A stretch of DNA of 64,000 nucleotides. Origin: an uncultured bacterium (lineage in GTDB: Bacteria; Krumholzibacteriota; Krumholzibacteriia; LZORAL124-64-63). Where the stretch lies: positions 672,001 through 736,000 of the forward strand of contig CAVSGO010000005.1 of assembly GCA_963727525.1 (NCBI GenBank), given 5' to 3'. This document shows positions 36,604 to 47,118 of the stretch, one piece after another. Positions within the stretch are counted from its first letter, which is position 1. The number at the start of each line of letters is the position of its first letter. Under the pieces are notes generated by a model. The model was not told the origin of the DNA and did no database searches. It was given only the letters and a program-made list of their open reading frames with translations. A program made the translations under genes and the position numbers.

Positions 36604-39066
36604 ATGTTGCCTTCGCGGAAAATCCTTCTCCCCCTCTGCCTGGTTTTCTTGCTGTCCATCGTCGTCGGCTGTGGCCGTGATGACGACGGCGGCACCTCCG
36701 CCCCACCTACCGCGACGACCGACCTGCCGCAGGCTCTCGAGGACTACTGGCAAGCCCAGGAGGATATGTCCAGCTCCCTGGGCGACGTTGCCGATGCATG
36801 GAACGCCGTCGATGCCGCCGTGGACGATCCGGACGCACCGACGTCGATCGTGGACACCCTGGTCGACCAGTACGTGGCGGCGTGCGACGCGGCAGGTGAG
36901 CGCTTCACTGGTCTGATCGAGCTGGAAAGTGCGATCGTCCCCTACGGCGCCCAGAAGGCCGCATTCACCGATGCGGCGCGTGCCACGGTCCGCGACGTGT
37001 ATGCCAGCAGCCGCGATGTCGTGGTCGGCAGCAGCCGGAGGCTACGCACGAGCTGGCGCGTGCTCGGTGGGACGATGTGCCTGCGCGACGCACTGCGGGT
37101 ACAGGACGCCGGCGTGTCGGTGGTCTCGGATCTCACCACGGCATTGCAGCAACATCTGGCAAACCGCGACGACGCGATCGAGCAGGCGATTCTCGCCGGC
37201 GACGATCACCAGGGCCTCATACCGATCACACAGCTCGCGGGCGACACGGACGAGGAACGCGCCGCCGCCTACGACGTCTTGCCGGACGACGACCCGCTCA
37301 AGCTCGCGATACGCGGCGCCGTGCATCGCTGGAACGCGACCGAGCGGGACGCGACGCTCGCCACACTGCGCGGGCTCGCCCTGGATCGCCTGCGCGATTT
37401 CCCCGGCGTGGCCGACGGCGGTAGCGTGGCCGGCGAGATCGCCGCCCACCTCACCTCGACCGGCCAGGATCCGGGCGCGCGCGGGGGCCTGACCCAGACC
37501 CTCAGTGACATCACCACGGGTGACCCGCTGATCGACAACGCCACCGTGATCGTGCGCAAGCGCAACCAGGCGCCCGGGCGAGAGAAGATCGCCGTGCTCC
37601 AGGGCGTGGCCGCAGTCACCACACTCGAGCTGCCCCTGGGCATATACGACGTGGTCGTCGTCACGCCGCACTACATCCGTGGCGTCGAGCCGCAGCTGGA
37701 GATCACCGACGCTGGCAGCCAGGAGATCGCCATCCCGCTCTACGACCGCGCGACCCATGCCATCATTCTGGAGTCGCTGACGGCCGATCGCACCGTGGCC
37801 GGCACGAGTGAGACCATCCGCCTCGATGCCGTGGCCGTGAGCACGACCGGCAGCGCCCTCCAGTTCGCCTGGGCGGCCTCCGGGCCGGGCGGCACCACGT
37901 TCTTCGGCCGCAATCCCAGCCAGCTCTTCATCGCCGAGGAACCCGGCGACTACGCCGTGACCCTCACGATCAGCGACGGCGCGGGGCATGAGACGGCAGC
38001 GACGCTTCCCCTCACCATCCTCGCGGCGGCCGTGCGCGTGTCGGACATCGAGGTACGCGACGCCGGATTCGTCGACGGCGAGCTCAATCCCGGCGAGGAG
38101 GCGGTGCTGGCGCTCACGGTGATCGGCAGTCCGGACGCGGGCATCAGCGGCGTGGCCAGCTTCGCCAGCCGCGGACGCGCCCAGGTCGTGAGCGCCCCGA
38201 GCGAGGAGTGGACGTTCCAGGCCGGCGACCGCACGACCTGGCCCGTCACCGTCGCCCTGCCCGACGACTACAGCGAGGACGAGGCGGTCTTCATCTTCAC
38301 CTTCACCACCGACGACGCCGTGATCACACAGGAGCTGCACCTACCGGTGGCGTTCTGGGCCGAGCTGTCGCCACTGCCGACACAGGTTACCAGCCGCGTG
38401 GTGGTCGTGGCGGGCCAGGTGGCAAATCCCGCGCTGACACTGGCTCACCTCGTGGTGAACAACGACCTCGATCAGGTCTACGATGTGCATCTCGACCACG
38501 GGATCTTCGGCGAGGTGATCATCCTCGAGGGCGCCGCGGAACCACAGACCATATCGCTGGCGCTCGTGGCCGAGTCCGGAAGCCTGCGCGCCGAGGATAC
38601 CGCGAGCTTCCTCGCGAACTTCCAGCCGGCAGGCCTGCGCGTGACCCTGTTCTGGGACACCAACGGCACCGACGTCGATCTCTGGGTGACCGACCCGGAC
38701 GGGGAGAAATGCTACTTCGCCCACACGACCACCGCGAGTGGGCTCGCCCTCGACGTCGACGACGTCAACGGCTACGGCCCCGAGAACATCACTTGCCTCA
38801 CGCCCCCGCCTGGCGAGTACCTGGTGCAGGTGCATTACTACAGCGACCATGATTCGGACCAGGCGATCGGCTCGAACTGCGACATCGTCATTCGCCTGAA
38901 TGAAAACACGCCCGACGAGCTTGTCGCCCATTACACCGGCTTCCTGGGCGATACCGGAGACTTGTGGACCGTGGCCACCGTCACCGTCGGTGACAAGGGC
39001 ATGGCATTCGGCGCCCCGGCTGGCGGTATCGAACACGTGGATCCGACGAGGTTACCCGCGAAGTAG
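36604..39066 (+). CDS. Large lipoprotein with Ig/PKD-like domains and a C-terminal YfaP/DUF2135-like domain
   Basis: Lipobox VVGC; PKD-like PGDYAVTLTISDG; LRVTLFWDT.GTDVDLWVTDPDGE...LDVDDVNGYGPENI...PGEYLVQVHYY. Confidence 0.8.
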   Translation: MLPSRKILLPLCLVFLLSIVVGCGRDDDGGTSAPPTATTDLPQALEDYWQAQEDMSSSLGDVADAWNAVDAAVDDPDAPTSIVDTLVDQYVAACDAAGERFTGLIELESAIVPYGAQKAAFTDAARATVRDVYASSRDVVVGSSRRLRTSWRVLGGTMCLRDALRVQDAGVSVVSDLTTALQQHLANRDDAIEQAILAGDDHQGLIPITQLAGDTDEERAAAYDVLPDDDPLKLAIRGAVHRWNATERDATLATLRGLALDRLRDFPGVADGGSVAGEIAAHLTSTGQDPGARGGLTQTLSDITTGDPLIDNATVIVRKRNQAPGREKIAVLQGVAAVTTLELPLGIYDVVVVTPHYIRGVEPQLEITDAGSQEIAIPLYDRATHAIILESLTADRTVAGTSETIRLDAVAVSTTGSALQFAWAASGPGGTTFFGRNPSQLFIAEEPGDYAVTLTISDGAGHETAATLPLTILAAAVRVSDIEVRDAGFVDGELNPGEEAVLALTVIGSPDAGISGVASFASRGRAQVVSAPSEEWTFQAGDRTTWPVTVALPDDYSEDEAVFIFTFTTDDAVITQELHLPVAFWAELSPLPTQVTSRVVVVAGQVANPALTLAHLVVNNDLDQVYDVHLDHGIFGEVIILEGAAEPQTISLALVAESGSLRAEDTASFLANFQPAGLRVTLFWDTNGTDVDLWVTDPDGEKCYFAHTTTASGLALDVDDVNGYGPENITCLTPPPGEYLVQVHYYSDHDSDQAIGSNCDIVIRLNENTPDELVAHYTGFLGDTGDLWTVATVTVGDKGMAFGAPAGGIEHVDPTRLPAK

Positions 39067-39169
39067 GCAACTTGCGGTCCCCATTTCCGTACCTGGCGTT
39101 TATACTTCCGGGGTCCGGCCGCACGGCCGGACCCCTCGTGTATCGCCCGGCCAAAGTGGAGGTTCTCGG

Positions 39170-42100
39170 ATGTTGCGGACTCTCGTGACGTGGCTTTACG
39201 CCATCATGGTTTTCCCTACGCTCGCCCTGGCGGCATCGCCGTCGACGCCCGTCGCGAATTCCGATAGCGCCAATACCGCAGACATGCGGCTGCTGCGTAC
39301 ACCGGACATCCACGGCGACACTGTCGTCTTCGAGTACGGCGGCGACCTCTGGACCGTATCGGCCCAGGGCGGCGAGGCGCGGCGGCTGACCACGGCGATC
39401 GGTTTCGAGAGCATGCCGAAGTTCTCGCCCGATGGTCGCTGGATCGCCTTCAGCGGAGAGTACGACGGCAACAACGATGTCTACGTGATGCCCGCCGCCG
39501 GTGGCGAGCCCGCCCGTCTGACCTTCCATCCTGGGTGGGATCGCGTCATCGGCTGGCAACCGGACGGCGAGGCGATCCGCTTCCAGTCGGCCCGCCAGAG
39601 CCGCACCGGCCGCGATCTGCAGCTCTACACCGTGGCGCGAACCGGCGGCCTGCCCGAGCGCCTGCCTCTGCCCACGGGCGGACTCTCGAGCTACGCTCCC
39701 GGTGGCCAGCGCATCGCCTACAACCGTATCTCTCGCGAGAACCGCACGTGGAAACGCTACAAGGGCGGCATGGCCCAGGACGTGTGGATCTACGACTTCG
39801 CGCATGAAACTTCGCAGCGAGTGACCGACTGGGTCGGCACCGACAACTTCCCCATGTGGCACGGCGACACGATCTACTTCACCAGCGACCGCGAACCGAA
39901 CGCCAAGCTCAACATCTGGGCCTACGATACGCGCACCGAGCAGTTCCATCAGGTCACGCACCACGACGAGTACGACGTGAAGTATCCGAGTCTCGGACCC
40001 GATGCTATCGTGTACGAGAACGGCGGCTGGCTCTACGTGCTCGACCTCGCCACGGAACAGACGCGCAAGCTCACGATCTCCCTGCACAGCGACAACGTGT
40101 GGGCGCGGCCGCGCCTGGAGAGCGTGGCCGACATGATCCGTGGCACCGGCATCGCACCCGATGGGCAACGCGCCGTCTTCGCGGCCCGGGGCGATGTCTT
40201 CACCGTGCCCGCCGAGAAGGGTCCGGTGCGCAACCTCACGTCCACTCCGGCCGTGAACGAGCGCCATCCCGTATGGTCGCCCGACGGCCGCCAGGTGGCC
40301 TACGTGGGTGACGCCAGCGGCGAATACGAGGTCTATCTCGTCCCGGCGGACGGCAAGGGCGAACCGCGGCAGCTCACCCACGGCCTGACGTCATGGGTGA
40401 ACAGCCTGCGCTGGTCGCCCGACAGCAAGTGGCTCCTCCTGAGCAACGCCGCCCTGGAGTTACTGCTCGTCGACGCCGACAGCGGCAACGTCACGCGCAT
40501 CGACCAGAGCCCGAGCGACGACATCCAGGAATTCGCCTGGAGCCCCGCCGGCGACTGGGTAGCGTACGCCAGGGCCGAGGACAACGGCTTCCGCTCCATC
40601 TTCCTCTACGACCTCGCCGGGCGAAACGTCCACCGCGTGACGAACGACTTCACCGACGACTCGGCGCCGTGCTTCGACCGCGAAGCCAAGTACCTCTTCT
40701 TCACCTCGGCACGCCACTTCAACCCCACCCTCGGTGGCTACGATCTCAAGCCGCTGTGGGTGAATCAGGACGGCCTCTATCTCGTGACTCTCGCCGTTGA
40801 TACGCCGCGGCCGTTCCCGCCCGAGAGCGACGAGGTGGCGATCGCCGCTGACGAAAAGAGCGACAAGAAGAGCAAGTCGGACAAGAAGGGCAAAGCGAGC
40901 AAGAAGGACGACGATGACGACGACGACGCCGCGCCCGAGCCGCTGCGCGTGGACCTGGACGGTATCACCGATCGCATCGTGGCGCTCGACGTGGAGCCGG
41001 GCAACTACAGCGGCCTCGCCAACGGCGACGCCGGGCTCTTCTTCCTCAGCCATCCGTTCACCGCGGGTGGTGGGCGGGATGGACATGGCAGCGACACGAC
41101 CCTCGAGGTCTATGATCTGAAGGAGCGCGAACAGAAGACCGTGCTCGCCACCGTCGACGACTACGATCTCTCCGCCGACGGCAAGAAGCTGCTGTACACC
41201 AAGGACGGCAAGTTCGGCATCGTCGACGCCAAGGCCGACCAGAAACCCGCCGAGGAGCCGCTGCGTACCGCCGAGATGAAGGCCACCGTCGATCCGCGGG
41301 CCGAGTGGCGGGAGATGATGCGCGACGCCTGGCGCCTCGAGCGCGATTTCTTCTACGATCCCCAGATGCACCAGGTGGACTGGCCGCACATGTACGACCG
41401 GTACGCACAGCTCGTGCCCTACGTCGCCCACGGCGCCGACTTCAGCTACATCGTGGGCGAGATGATCAGCGAGCTGAGTTGCAGCCATTCCTACGTGCGG
41501 CCGGGCGACCAGCCGCATCCCGACCAGGTGGGCACCGGGCTGCTGGGCTGTGACTTCGCGCTCGACGCGAAGAGAAGCCGTTACCGCTTCGCGCGCGTCC
41601 TGAACGAGCACGACTGGAACGGGGGCCCCGACACGCCGCTCGCCGGCCCCGGCATCGCCGTACAGGAAGGTGACTACCTGCTCGCCGTGGACGGCGTCGC
41701 ACTGCAGGCCCCCACGAACCCGTACAGCCTCTTCGTCGACAAGGCGGGCCGGCAGGTGACGCTGCGCGTGGGCCCGCACGCCGACGGCAAGGATAGCCGC
41801 GAGGTCGTCGTGGAACCGATCCGCGACGAGCACGATCTGCGCTACCAGGCCTGGGTCGACGCCAATCGCCGCAAGGTGGACGAGCTGTCCGGTGGCAGAA
41901 TCGGCTACCTGCACCTGCCCAACACGGCCATCGGCGGGCAGCAGGGCTTCGCGGAGGGCTACTACCCGCAGCTGCGCAAGGACGGCCTCATCATCGACGA
42001 GCGCTTCAACGCCGGCGGCTTCATCCCCGACTTCTTCATGAATGTGCTGCGCCAGCGCCTGGTGAACCTGTGGCGCCGCCGCCATGGCCAGGACATGCGC

Positions 42101-42499
42101 ACGCCGCAGACGGCCTTTCTCGGCCACCTCGCCATGATGAGCAACGGCTACGCCGGCAGCGGTGGCGACGCCCTGCCGTACTACTTCAAGGCCTACGACC
42201 TTGGACCGGTGATCGGCACCCGCACCTGGGGCGGCCTGGTGGGCATCAGCCGCGGCATTGCGCTCATGGACGGCGGCAACGTCACCTTCCCCGAGTTCGG
42301 CCTCTACAATCTCGAGGGCCAGCTCGACGTGGAAAACCACGGCGTCGACCCCACGGTCGTGATCGACAACGCGCCGGAAGCCGAGAACGCAGGACACGAT
42401 CCACAGCTCGAGAAGACCGTGGAGGTGTTGCTGAAGGAGATCGCGGACGACCCGGTACGCCTGCCGGAATTCCGGGGTTTCCCCGATCGGCGCCACTGA
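39170..42499 (+). CDS. Tricorn-type S41 serine protease (beta-propellers, PDZ), exported
   Basis: PDIHGDTVVF, FSPDGRWIAF repeats, IGYLHLP, LIIDERFNAGG, GSGGDALP, GTRTWGG, ENHGVDP, DPQLEK. Confidence 0.95.
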   Translation: MLRTLVTWLYAIMVFPTLALAASPSTPVANSDSANTADMRLLRTPDIHGDTVVFEYGGDLWTVSAQGGEARRLTTAIGFESMPKFSPDGRWIAFSGEYDGNNDVYVMPAAGGEPARLTFHPGWDRVIGWQPDGEAIRFQSARQSRTGRDLQLYTVARTGGLPERLPLPTGGLSSYAPGGQRIAYNRISRENRTWKRYKGGMAQDVWIYDFAHETSQRVTDWVGTDNFPMWHGDTIYFTSDREPNAKLNIWAYDTRTEQFHQVTHHDEYDVKYPSLGPDAIVYENGGWLYVLDLATEQTRKLTISLHSDNVWARPRLESVADMIRGTGIAPDGQRAVFAARGDVFTVPAEKGPVRNLTSTPAVNERHPVWSPDGRQVAYVGDASGEYEVYLVPADGKGEPRQLTHGLTSWVNSLRWSPDSKWLLLSNAALELLLVDADSGNVTRIDQSPSDDIQEFAWSPAGDWVAYARAEDNGFRSIFLYDLAGRNVHRVTNDFTDDSAPCFDREAKYLFFTSARHFNPTLGGYDLKPLWVNQDGLYLVTLAVDTPRPFPPESDEVAIAADEKSDKKSKSDKKGKASKKDDDDDDDAAPEPLRVDLDGITDRIVALDVEPGNYSGLANGDAGLFFLSHPFTAGGGRDGHGSDTTLEVYDLKEREQKTVLATVDDYDLSADGKKLLYTKDGKFGIVDAKADQKPAEEPLRTAEMKATVDPRAEWREMMRDAWRLERDFFYDPQMHQVDWPHMYDRYAQLVPYVAHGADFSYIVGEMISELSCSHSYVRPGDQPHPDQVGTGLLGCDFALDAKRSRYRFARVLNEHDWNGGPDTPLAGPGIAVQEGDYLLAVDGVALQAPTNPYSLFVDKAGRQVTLRVGPHADGKDSREVVVEPIRDEHDLRYQAWVDANRRKVDELSGGRIGYLHLPNTAIGGQQGFAEGYYPQLRKDGLIIDERFNAGGFIPDFFMNVLRQRLVNLWRRRHGQDMRTPQTAFLGHLAMMSNGYAGSGGDALPYYFKAYDLGPVIGTRTWGGLVGISRGIALMDGGNVTFPEFGLYNLEGQLDVENHGVDPTVVIDNAPEAENAGHDPQLEKTVEVLLKEIADDPVRLPEFRGFPDRRH

Positions 42500-42680
42500 G
42501 CGGCGGCGCGCGTCGGCCTCTGCCGAACTGAACGGTCAGGCCTGAAGGCGACACGACCTCGTGAGCGAGCTGCAGGGCGTCATCGGCGGCTCGGCGACGC
42601 GACCCGTCGCCTAGACTGGCACTGGCCCTCGCCGTTCGCATGCCCTAGGTTCCCGGAGTTCACCAACCGGGAGGGCTCGC

Positions 42681-43448
42681 TTGTCCAACAGCATCGATCT
42701 CACTGGCCGCACCGCCCTCGTCACGGGAGCCTCGCGCGGCATCGGCCGCGCCATCGCGAAGCTGCTGGCGGCGCACGGCGCCCGCATCGCGGCGCACTAC
42801 GGGCGCGACGAGGCTGCGGCCCGCACCGTGGTCGCGCGGCTGATCGGAACCGGCCACGCCACGCTCGGCGCCGACCTCGCCGATCCGCAAGCCGCCCAAG
42901 ACCTGCCCGACCGCGCCGCAGCACGGCTCGGCCGCCTCGATATCGTCGTGAACAACGCTGGAATCTTCGAACCGCACTCCCCGGCCGATAGCGACGCCGA
43001 CACCTGGCGCACGGCCTGGGATCGGCACCTCGCCATCAATCTCTCCGGGCCCGCCCATGTGATGCACGGGGCGATCCCGCACCTCGTGGCCGCGGGTGGG
43101 GGGCACATGGTGAACGTGTCGAGCCGCGGCGCCTACCGAGGCGAACCCGAGGCCCCGGCCTACGGGGCCGCGAAGGCGGGCCTCAACGCGCTGAGCCAGT
43201 CGCTCGCCGTGGCGCTGGCGCCGCGCGGCATCATGGTCGTGGGGGTGGCGCCCGGCTGGGTGGAGACAGACATGACGCGCGACCACCTCGCCGGGCCCGG
43301 CGGCGACACCATCCGGGCGCAGTGCCCGGGCGGTCGCATCGCCACGCCCGACGAGGTGGCCTGGACCGTGCTACTCGCGGTGAGCGGTCGGGCCGACGCG
43401 CTCACCGGCGGGATCATCGACGTGAACGGTGCCAGCCATCTGCGCTAG
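42681..43448 (+). CDS. Short-chain dehydrogenase/reductase (SDR)
   Basis: TGASRGIG, VVNNAG, YGAAK catalytic motif, PGWVETDM. Confidence 0.95.
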   Translation: MSNSIDLTGRTALVTGASRGIGRAIAKLLAAHGARIAAHYGRDEAAARTVVARLIGTGHATLGADLADPQAAQDLPDRAAARLGRLDIVVNNAGIFEPHSPADSDADTWRTAWDRHLAINLSGPAHVMHGAIPHLVAAGGGHMVNVSSRGAYRGEPEAPAYGAAKAGLNALSQSLAVALAPRGIMVVGVAPGWVETDMTRDHLAGPGGDTIRAQCPGGRIATPDEVAWTVLLAVSGRADALTGGIIDVNGASHLR

Positions 43449-44053
43449 AAGAATGCGTAGCCGACCATCGCGGTGACGGTGCGATCCTTCGTGTCGGCGC
43501 CGCCACCGTCGAGGTAGTTCGTGAGGCCGTACTCGTAGCGAAGATCGAAGGTGATGTGCTGCACCTGCAGCCCGGCGCCGACGATGAGGCTGAATACGGT
43601 GCTCTTCGTCTGGTCCTTCACGTCGGACCATGCCTTCACTTCGTCGATTTCCGTCTCCTGGAGTTCCGATTTCAGCGGGAAGCTCACGGCCGGTGCCACG
43701 TAGAGCGACGGCTGCACGACCGGCGACGGGATCGCGTAGCGGAAGAGCAGGGGGATCTCCAGGTTGAGGCTGCGGTAATCCGTGCTCGGACCGCCCAGGT
43801 AATTGCCGTCCTTGAAGCCCTTCTGCGTGAGCAGCAGCTCGGGCGACAGATGGATCGCCACGAACGACACGTCGAGCGCCAGGCCGCCCACTAAGCCCGT
43901 ACGGGTCGAGGCGTCGAGATTGTCGGTGTTCAGCTTCGAGAAGTTGGCGCCGGCCTTCACCGCGACCGTCGGCACCGGCAACAGGCCCGCCTGGGCACTC
44001 GCCGCCACGAGGAGCACCACGGCCACCAGTACGATCATCCTGCCTTCACGCAT
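43445..44053 (-). CDS. Outer-membrane beta-barrel (porin family) protein
   Basis: Signal peptide, KAGANFS, PELLLTQKG, LEIPLL, DLRYEYGL, C-terminal aromatic GYAFF. Confidence 0.85.
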   Translation of the reverse strand: MREGRMIVLVAVVLLVAASAQAGLLPVPTVAVKAGANFSKLNTDNLDASTRTGLVGGLALDVSFVAIHLSPELLLTQKGFKDGNYLGGPSTDYRSLNLEIPLLFRYAIPSPVVQPSLYVAPAVSFPLKSELQETEIDEVKAWSDVKDQTKSTVFSLIVGAGLQVQHITFDLRYEYGLTNYLDGGGADTKDRTVTAMVGYAFF

Positions 44054-44191
44054 GTTCCATCCTCCTGCCTGATCAGAAAGCCCGGACCGGCATCGGGAAC
44101 GATCCCGACGCCGGACCGATCCGGACCTCATGAGTCGCGATGCTGATAGCAAGAAGCGCACCCGAGCGACGACGTTGCCGACGCCGCCAGA

Positions 44192-45085
44192 CTACCCCCG
44201 CGCCTGCTCCCCGGCAAGGATGAGGGCGATGATCTGGTGCACGAGGCGGGCGGCCAGGAAGTCGGAGGCCCGCTGACCCGGGATGGGCATCAGCTCGACC
44301 ACGTCGAACCCGATGATGCGCCGCGCCCGCGCCACGGCCGCGATGCAGTCGACCACCTGCCACCAGGTCATACCGCCCGGTTCGGGCGTGCCCGTGGCCG
44401 GCACGTAGGCCGGGTCGAAGCAGTCGAGGTCTACGGTGAGGTACACCGGGTCGCCCACGGCCTCGACGACGCGCGAGATGAAGTCGAAACCGCCGCGGAT
44501 GTCCTGGGCCAGGAACGTGCGTGCGGGGTCCATGCCCGCCACCTCGGCCGCATCGCAACTGCGGATACCCACCTGCACCACGCCGGCGGCGACCTCGCGC
44601 GCCCGCGCGATCACGCAGCCGTGATTGAAACGCGAACCCTCGAGGGTATCACGCGAGTCGCCGTGCGCATCGAACTGCAGCACGTGAAGGCCGGGATACC
44701 GCGCTGCGTGGGCCTGGATCAGACCGATCGACACGGAATGCTCACCGCCGAGACCGACCACGGTACGTTCCGCATCGAGGAGTTCCGTGGCGACCTCCCG
44801 CACACGGTCGGTCATCTGGTCGGCCGGACCATCCACCGCGACGGGCGCCATGGTGACGACGCCAGCGCGGTACGGCTCGAGGCGCGTGTAAGGGTCGTAG
44901 AGCTCGAGGTAGGTGGACGCATCGAGCAACGCCTCCGGCCCACCAGCCGTGCCCTTCTGCCAGGTGGCGGTCCGGTCGTAGGGAATCGGGAGCACCGCGA
45001 AACGGGCCCGAGCCGGATCCGGCGTCAGACCTTGCCGCGTCAATCCCATGAAAGCGCCGGGGTCGGCGTGGTAAGGCCAGTTCAC
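44192..45085 (-). CDS. speB: Agmatinase
   Basis: PIPYD.T..W..GT..GP, LGGEHS, FDAHGD, QVGIRS, DLDCFDP, TGTPEPGG, FDVVEL. Confidence 0.93.
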   Translation of the reverse strand: MNWPYHADPGAFMGLTRQGLTPDPARARFAVLPIPYDRTATWQKGTAGGPEALLDASTYLELYDPYTRLEPYRAGVVTMAPVAVDGPADQMTDRVREVATELLDAERTVVGLGGEHSVSIGLIQAHAARYPGLHVLQFDAHGDSRDTLEGSRFNHGCVIARAREVAAGVVQVGIRSCDAAEVAGMDPARTFLAQDIRGGFDFISRVVEAVGDPVYLTVDLDCFDPAYVPATGTPEPGGMTWWQVVDCIAAVARARRIIGFDVVELMPIPGQRASDFLAARLVHQIIALILAGEQARG

Positions 45086-45294
45086 GATTCGGACTCCCCA
45101 TCCCATTCGGTGTCGTCGTCGAGCCATTCGCGACGTGGCTCCTTGCGTCCGCTCTTGCGCGGCCGCTCGGCACCCTCGCGCGGCTCGTCCGAATCCCGCT
45201 CCTTCCGTTTCCGCGGAGTTTCCACCCAGCGGCGGGAATTGCGGGGCTTCTCCTCGTCATTGTCGTCCAGGCGACGATCGTTCGGCGGACACAT
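45082..45294 (-). CDS. Small highly charged hypothetical protein (70 aa)
   Basis: GGAG SD before ATG 45294; its stop overlaps the speB GTG start; R/K/D/E-rich. Confidence 0.55.
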   Translation of the reverse strand: MCPPNDRRLDDNDEEKPRNSRRWVETPRKRKERDSDEPREGAERPRKSGRKEPRREWLDDDTEWDGESES

Positions 45295-45473
45295 CACCAG
45301 CTCCGCTCTCGGCATGCGGGTACGAGATCGTGGGTCGGCCCGGCGCCTCGTCCAGGCACCGCGACCCGGTTGCATCAGGAGCATACACCATGCTCGCGCG
45401 CAGCGAAACGCCGCGTAAGGTGAATCAAAAGCAACGTCCTGTCAAGGAGGTGCGCAAGATCCGCCCTGCCTGG

Positions 45474-47099
45474 CTAGGGACGGGGCTCCACCCGCGACGC
45501 CTGTTGCTGGGCGCGCTGGAGCATCCCGACGACGGCCTGATCGTCCGGCGCCAGTTCCGCGGCGTGGCGCAGGTCTGCCACGGCCGCCTCCCACTCGCGA
45601 GCATGGAAGTGCATGAGCCCCCGGTTGTACCAGGCGACCGCCCGCCCGGGGTCGAGGGAGAGCGCCGTGTCCAGGGCGCCGCGCGCCGCGGCCAGGTCGC
45701 CCGTGAGAATGAGCGCCAGACCATAATCGCTCCAGCTCGCCGCGATGTCCGGTCGCAGCCGCACCGCGACCGCGAGATAGCGGCGCGCCGAGTCCGCCTT
45801 CCGATCCTCCAGCTCGAGATGTCCCAGGGTCGCGGCCGTGGCGTAGTCGGGCCGGTTGCGTGCCTCCAGCCGGGTCCAGGCCCGGCGCAGATCATCGCGC
45901 CCCTCGCGGTCGCGCCCCGCGGCAACCTGCAGCAGGCCGCGCACGCGCAACGCCCACGGCTCGTCGAGCTGGCGGCGCAGGCAGATACCAGCACCATCGA
46001 TGGCCGCGCCCGCCCAGAACTCGCGTTCCTGCGCCTCGGTGGCGCGCTCGAATCGCTCGTAGGCCAGGGCCGTGAAGGCAGAGATCGATCCGGTGACGAA
46101 GTACCGATCGAATGCGAGCCATACCGGCTGCCGCGCGCGGCTGCTCGACGACCCCATGGGCGTGTGATCGCGCCGTAGCACGTGTGCGTCGCCACCGGGG
46201 ACGGCCGCCCAAGAACGCTCGTAGCGTTTGCGGGCCTCGGCGTGATTACCCAGCGTTTCCTCGAGGCTGCCGAGGTCGCGCCAGCACTCGGCCGCGTGCA
46301 CCGGTTCGGGCCGCAGCTCGCCGGGGATGAAGGCATCGGGACCGCGCTGCGCGTGGACGCGCAGACCCGACTCGCTTGCTCCCAGCACGATGCTGCGCGC
46401 GAGACCGGGATTCCCGCGGTACCACTGGGCCATGCCCGTGATCCACAGCACATCGCTGCTGAACTTGTTACGCCCGGCGACGAGACGCGCCACGTCTTCC
46501 GCATAGAGGAACTGGCCGCTGCCCGCCAGCAGAAGCCCGCGCACGGTTTCGTCGGCAACGCCGCCCAGGGCCTCCATCGAGTCGACCCAGGCCAGACCCT
46601 TGAACCATTCGCCGCGGTCATACCCGAGCCATGCCATGGCATCCGCGCCGGCAATGCTCAGCGAGCGCCGCTGGTCGCTCGGGAGCATGGCCGCCGTGCG
46701 TCGGAGTTGCGCATACTGCGCCAGCGCCATCTGGTAGTCGCCGAACCGCCGCGACTGGCGAACCAGAGCGAGCCAGGCCTCGGCCAGGTCCGGCGCGAGG
46801 CCGACCGCGGTGTGGAGCGAGCGCAGGCGAACATCGAGCCGATCGGTCTGCCGCGCGACCGCGAACTGCCCCAGGGCCGCTTGCCGGCGCGCCGCTTGTT
46901 CAGCGACGGGCAAGGCAGCGAACGCCTCGAGGCCGAGCGAATCCGCTGTCGCGGCGAAGCGGACCGCGCGCGGATAATCAATGACAGCGACCCTGGTAGG
47001 CGCACAGCCCACCAGGGTCGCGATCGTCATCGGGAATGCGAGGACCAGCCACCTCGCGGTCGCCCAGCCGGATCGGCGCGCTACCGTGGTCGCGGCCAT
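45474..47099 (-). CDS. TPR-repeat lipoprotein
   Basis: Lipobox LVGC; C-terminal TPRs (AWYNRGLMHF...AVADLRHAAELAPDD). Confidence 0.8.
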   Translation of the reverse strand: MAATTVARRSGWATARWLVLAFPMTIATLVGCAPTRVAVIDYPRAVRFAATADSLGLEAFAALPVAEQAARRQAALGQFAVARQTDRLDVRLRSLHTAVGLAPDLAEAWLALVRQSRRFGDYQMALAQYAQLRRTAAMLPSDQRRSLSIAGADAMAWLGYDRGEWFKGLAWVDSMEALGGVADETVRGLLLAGSGQFLYAEDVARLVAGRNKFSSDVLWITGMAQWYRGNPGLARSIVLGASESGLRVHAQRGPDAFIPGELRPEPVHAAECWRDLGSLEETLGNHAEARKRYERSWAAVPGGDAHVLRRDHTPMGSSSSRARQPVWLAFDRYFVTGSISAFTALAYERFERATEAQEREFWAGAAIDGAGICLRRQLDEPWALRVRGLLQVAAGRDREGRDDLRRAWTRLEARNRPDYATAATLGHLELEDRKADSARRYLAVAVRLRPDIAASWSDYGLALILTGDLAAARGALDTALSLDPGRAVAWYNRGLMHFHAREWEAAVADLRHAAELAPDDQAVVGMLQRAQQQASRVEPRP

Positions 47100-47118
47100 G
47101 GTCCCCCCGACCGGAACG

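Noticed and set aside
40850-40930. Lys/Asp-rich low-complexity repeat
   Set aside because: It is an in-frame linker typical of tricorn proteases, not a separate repeat element.
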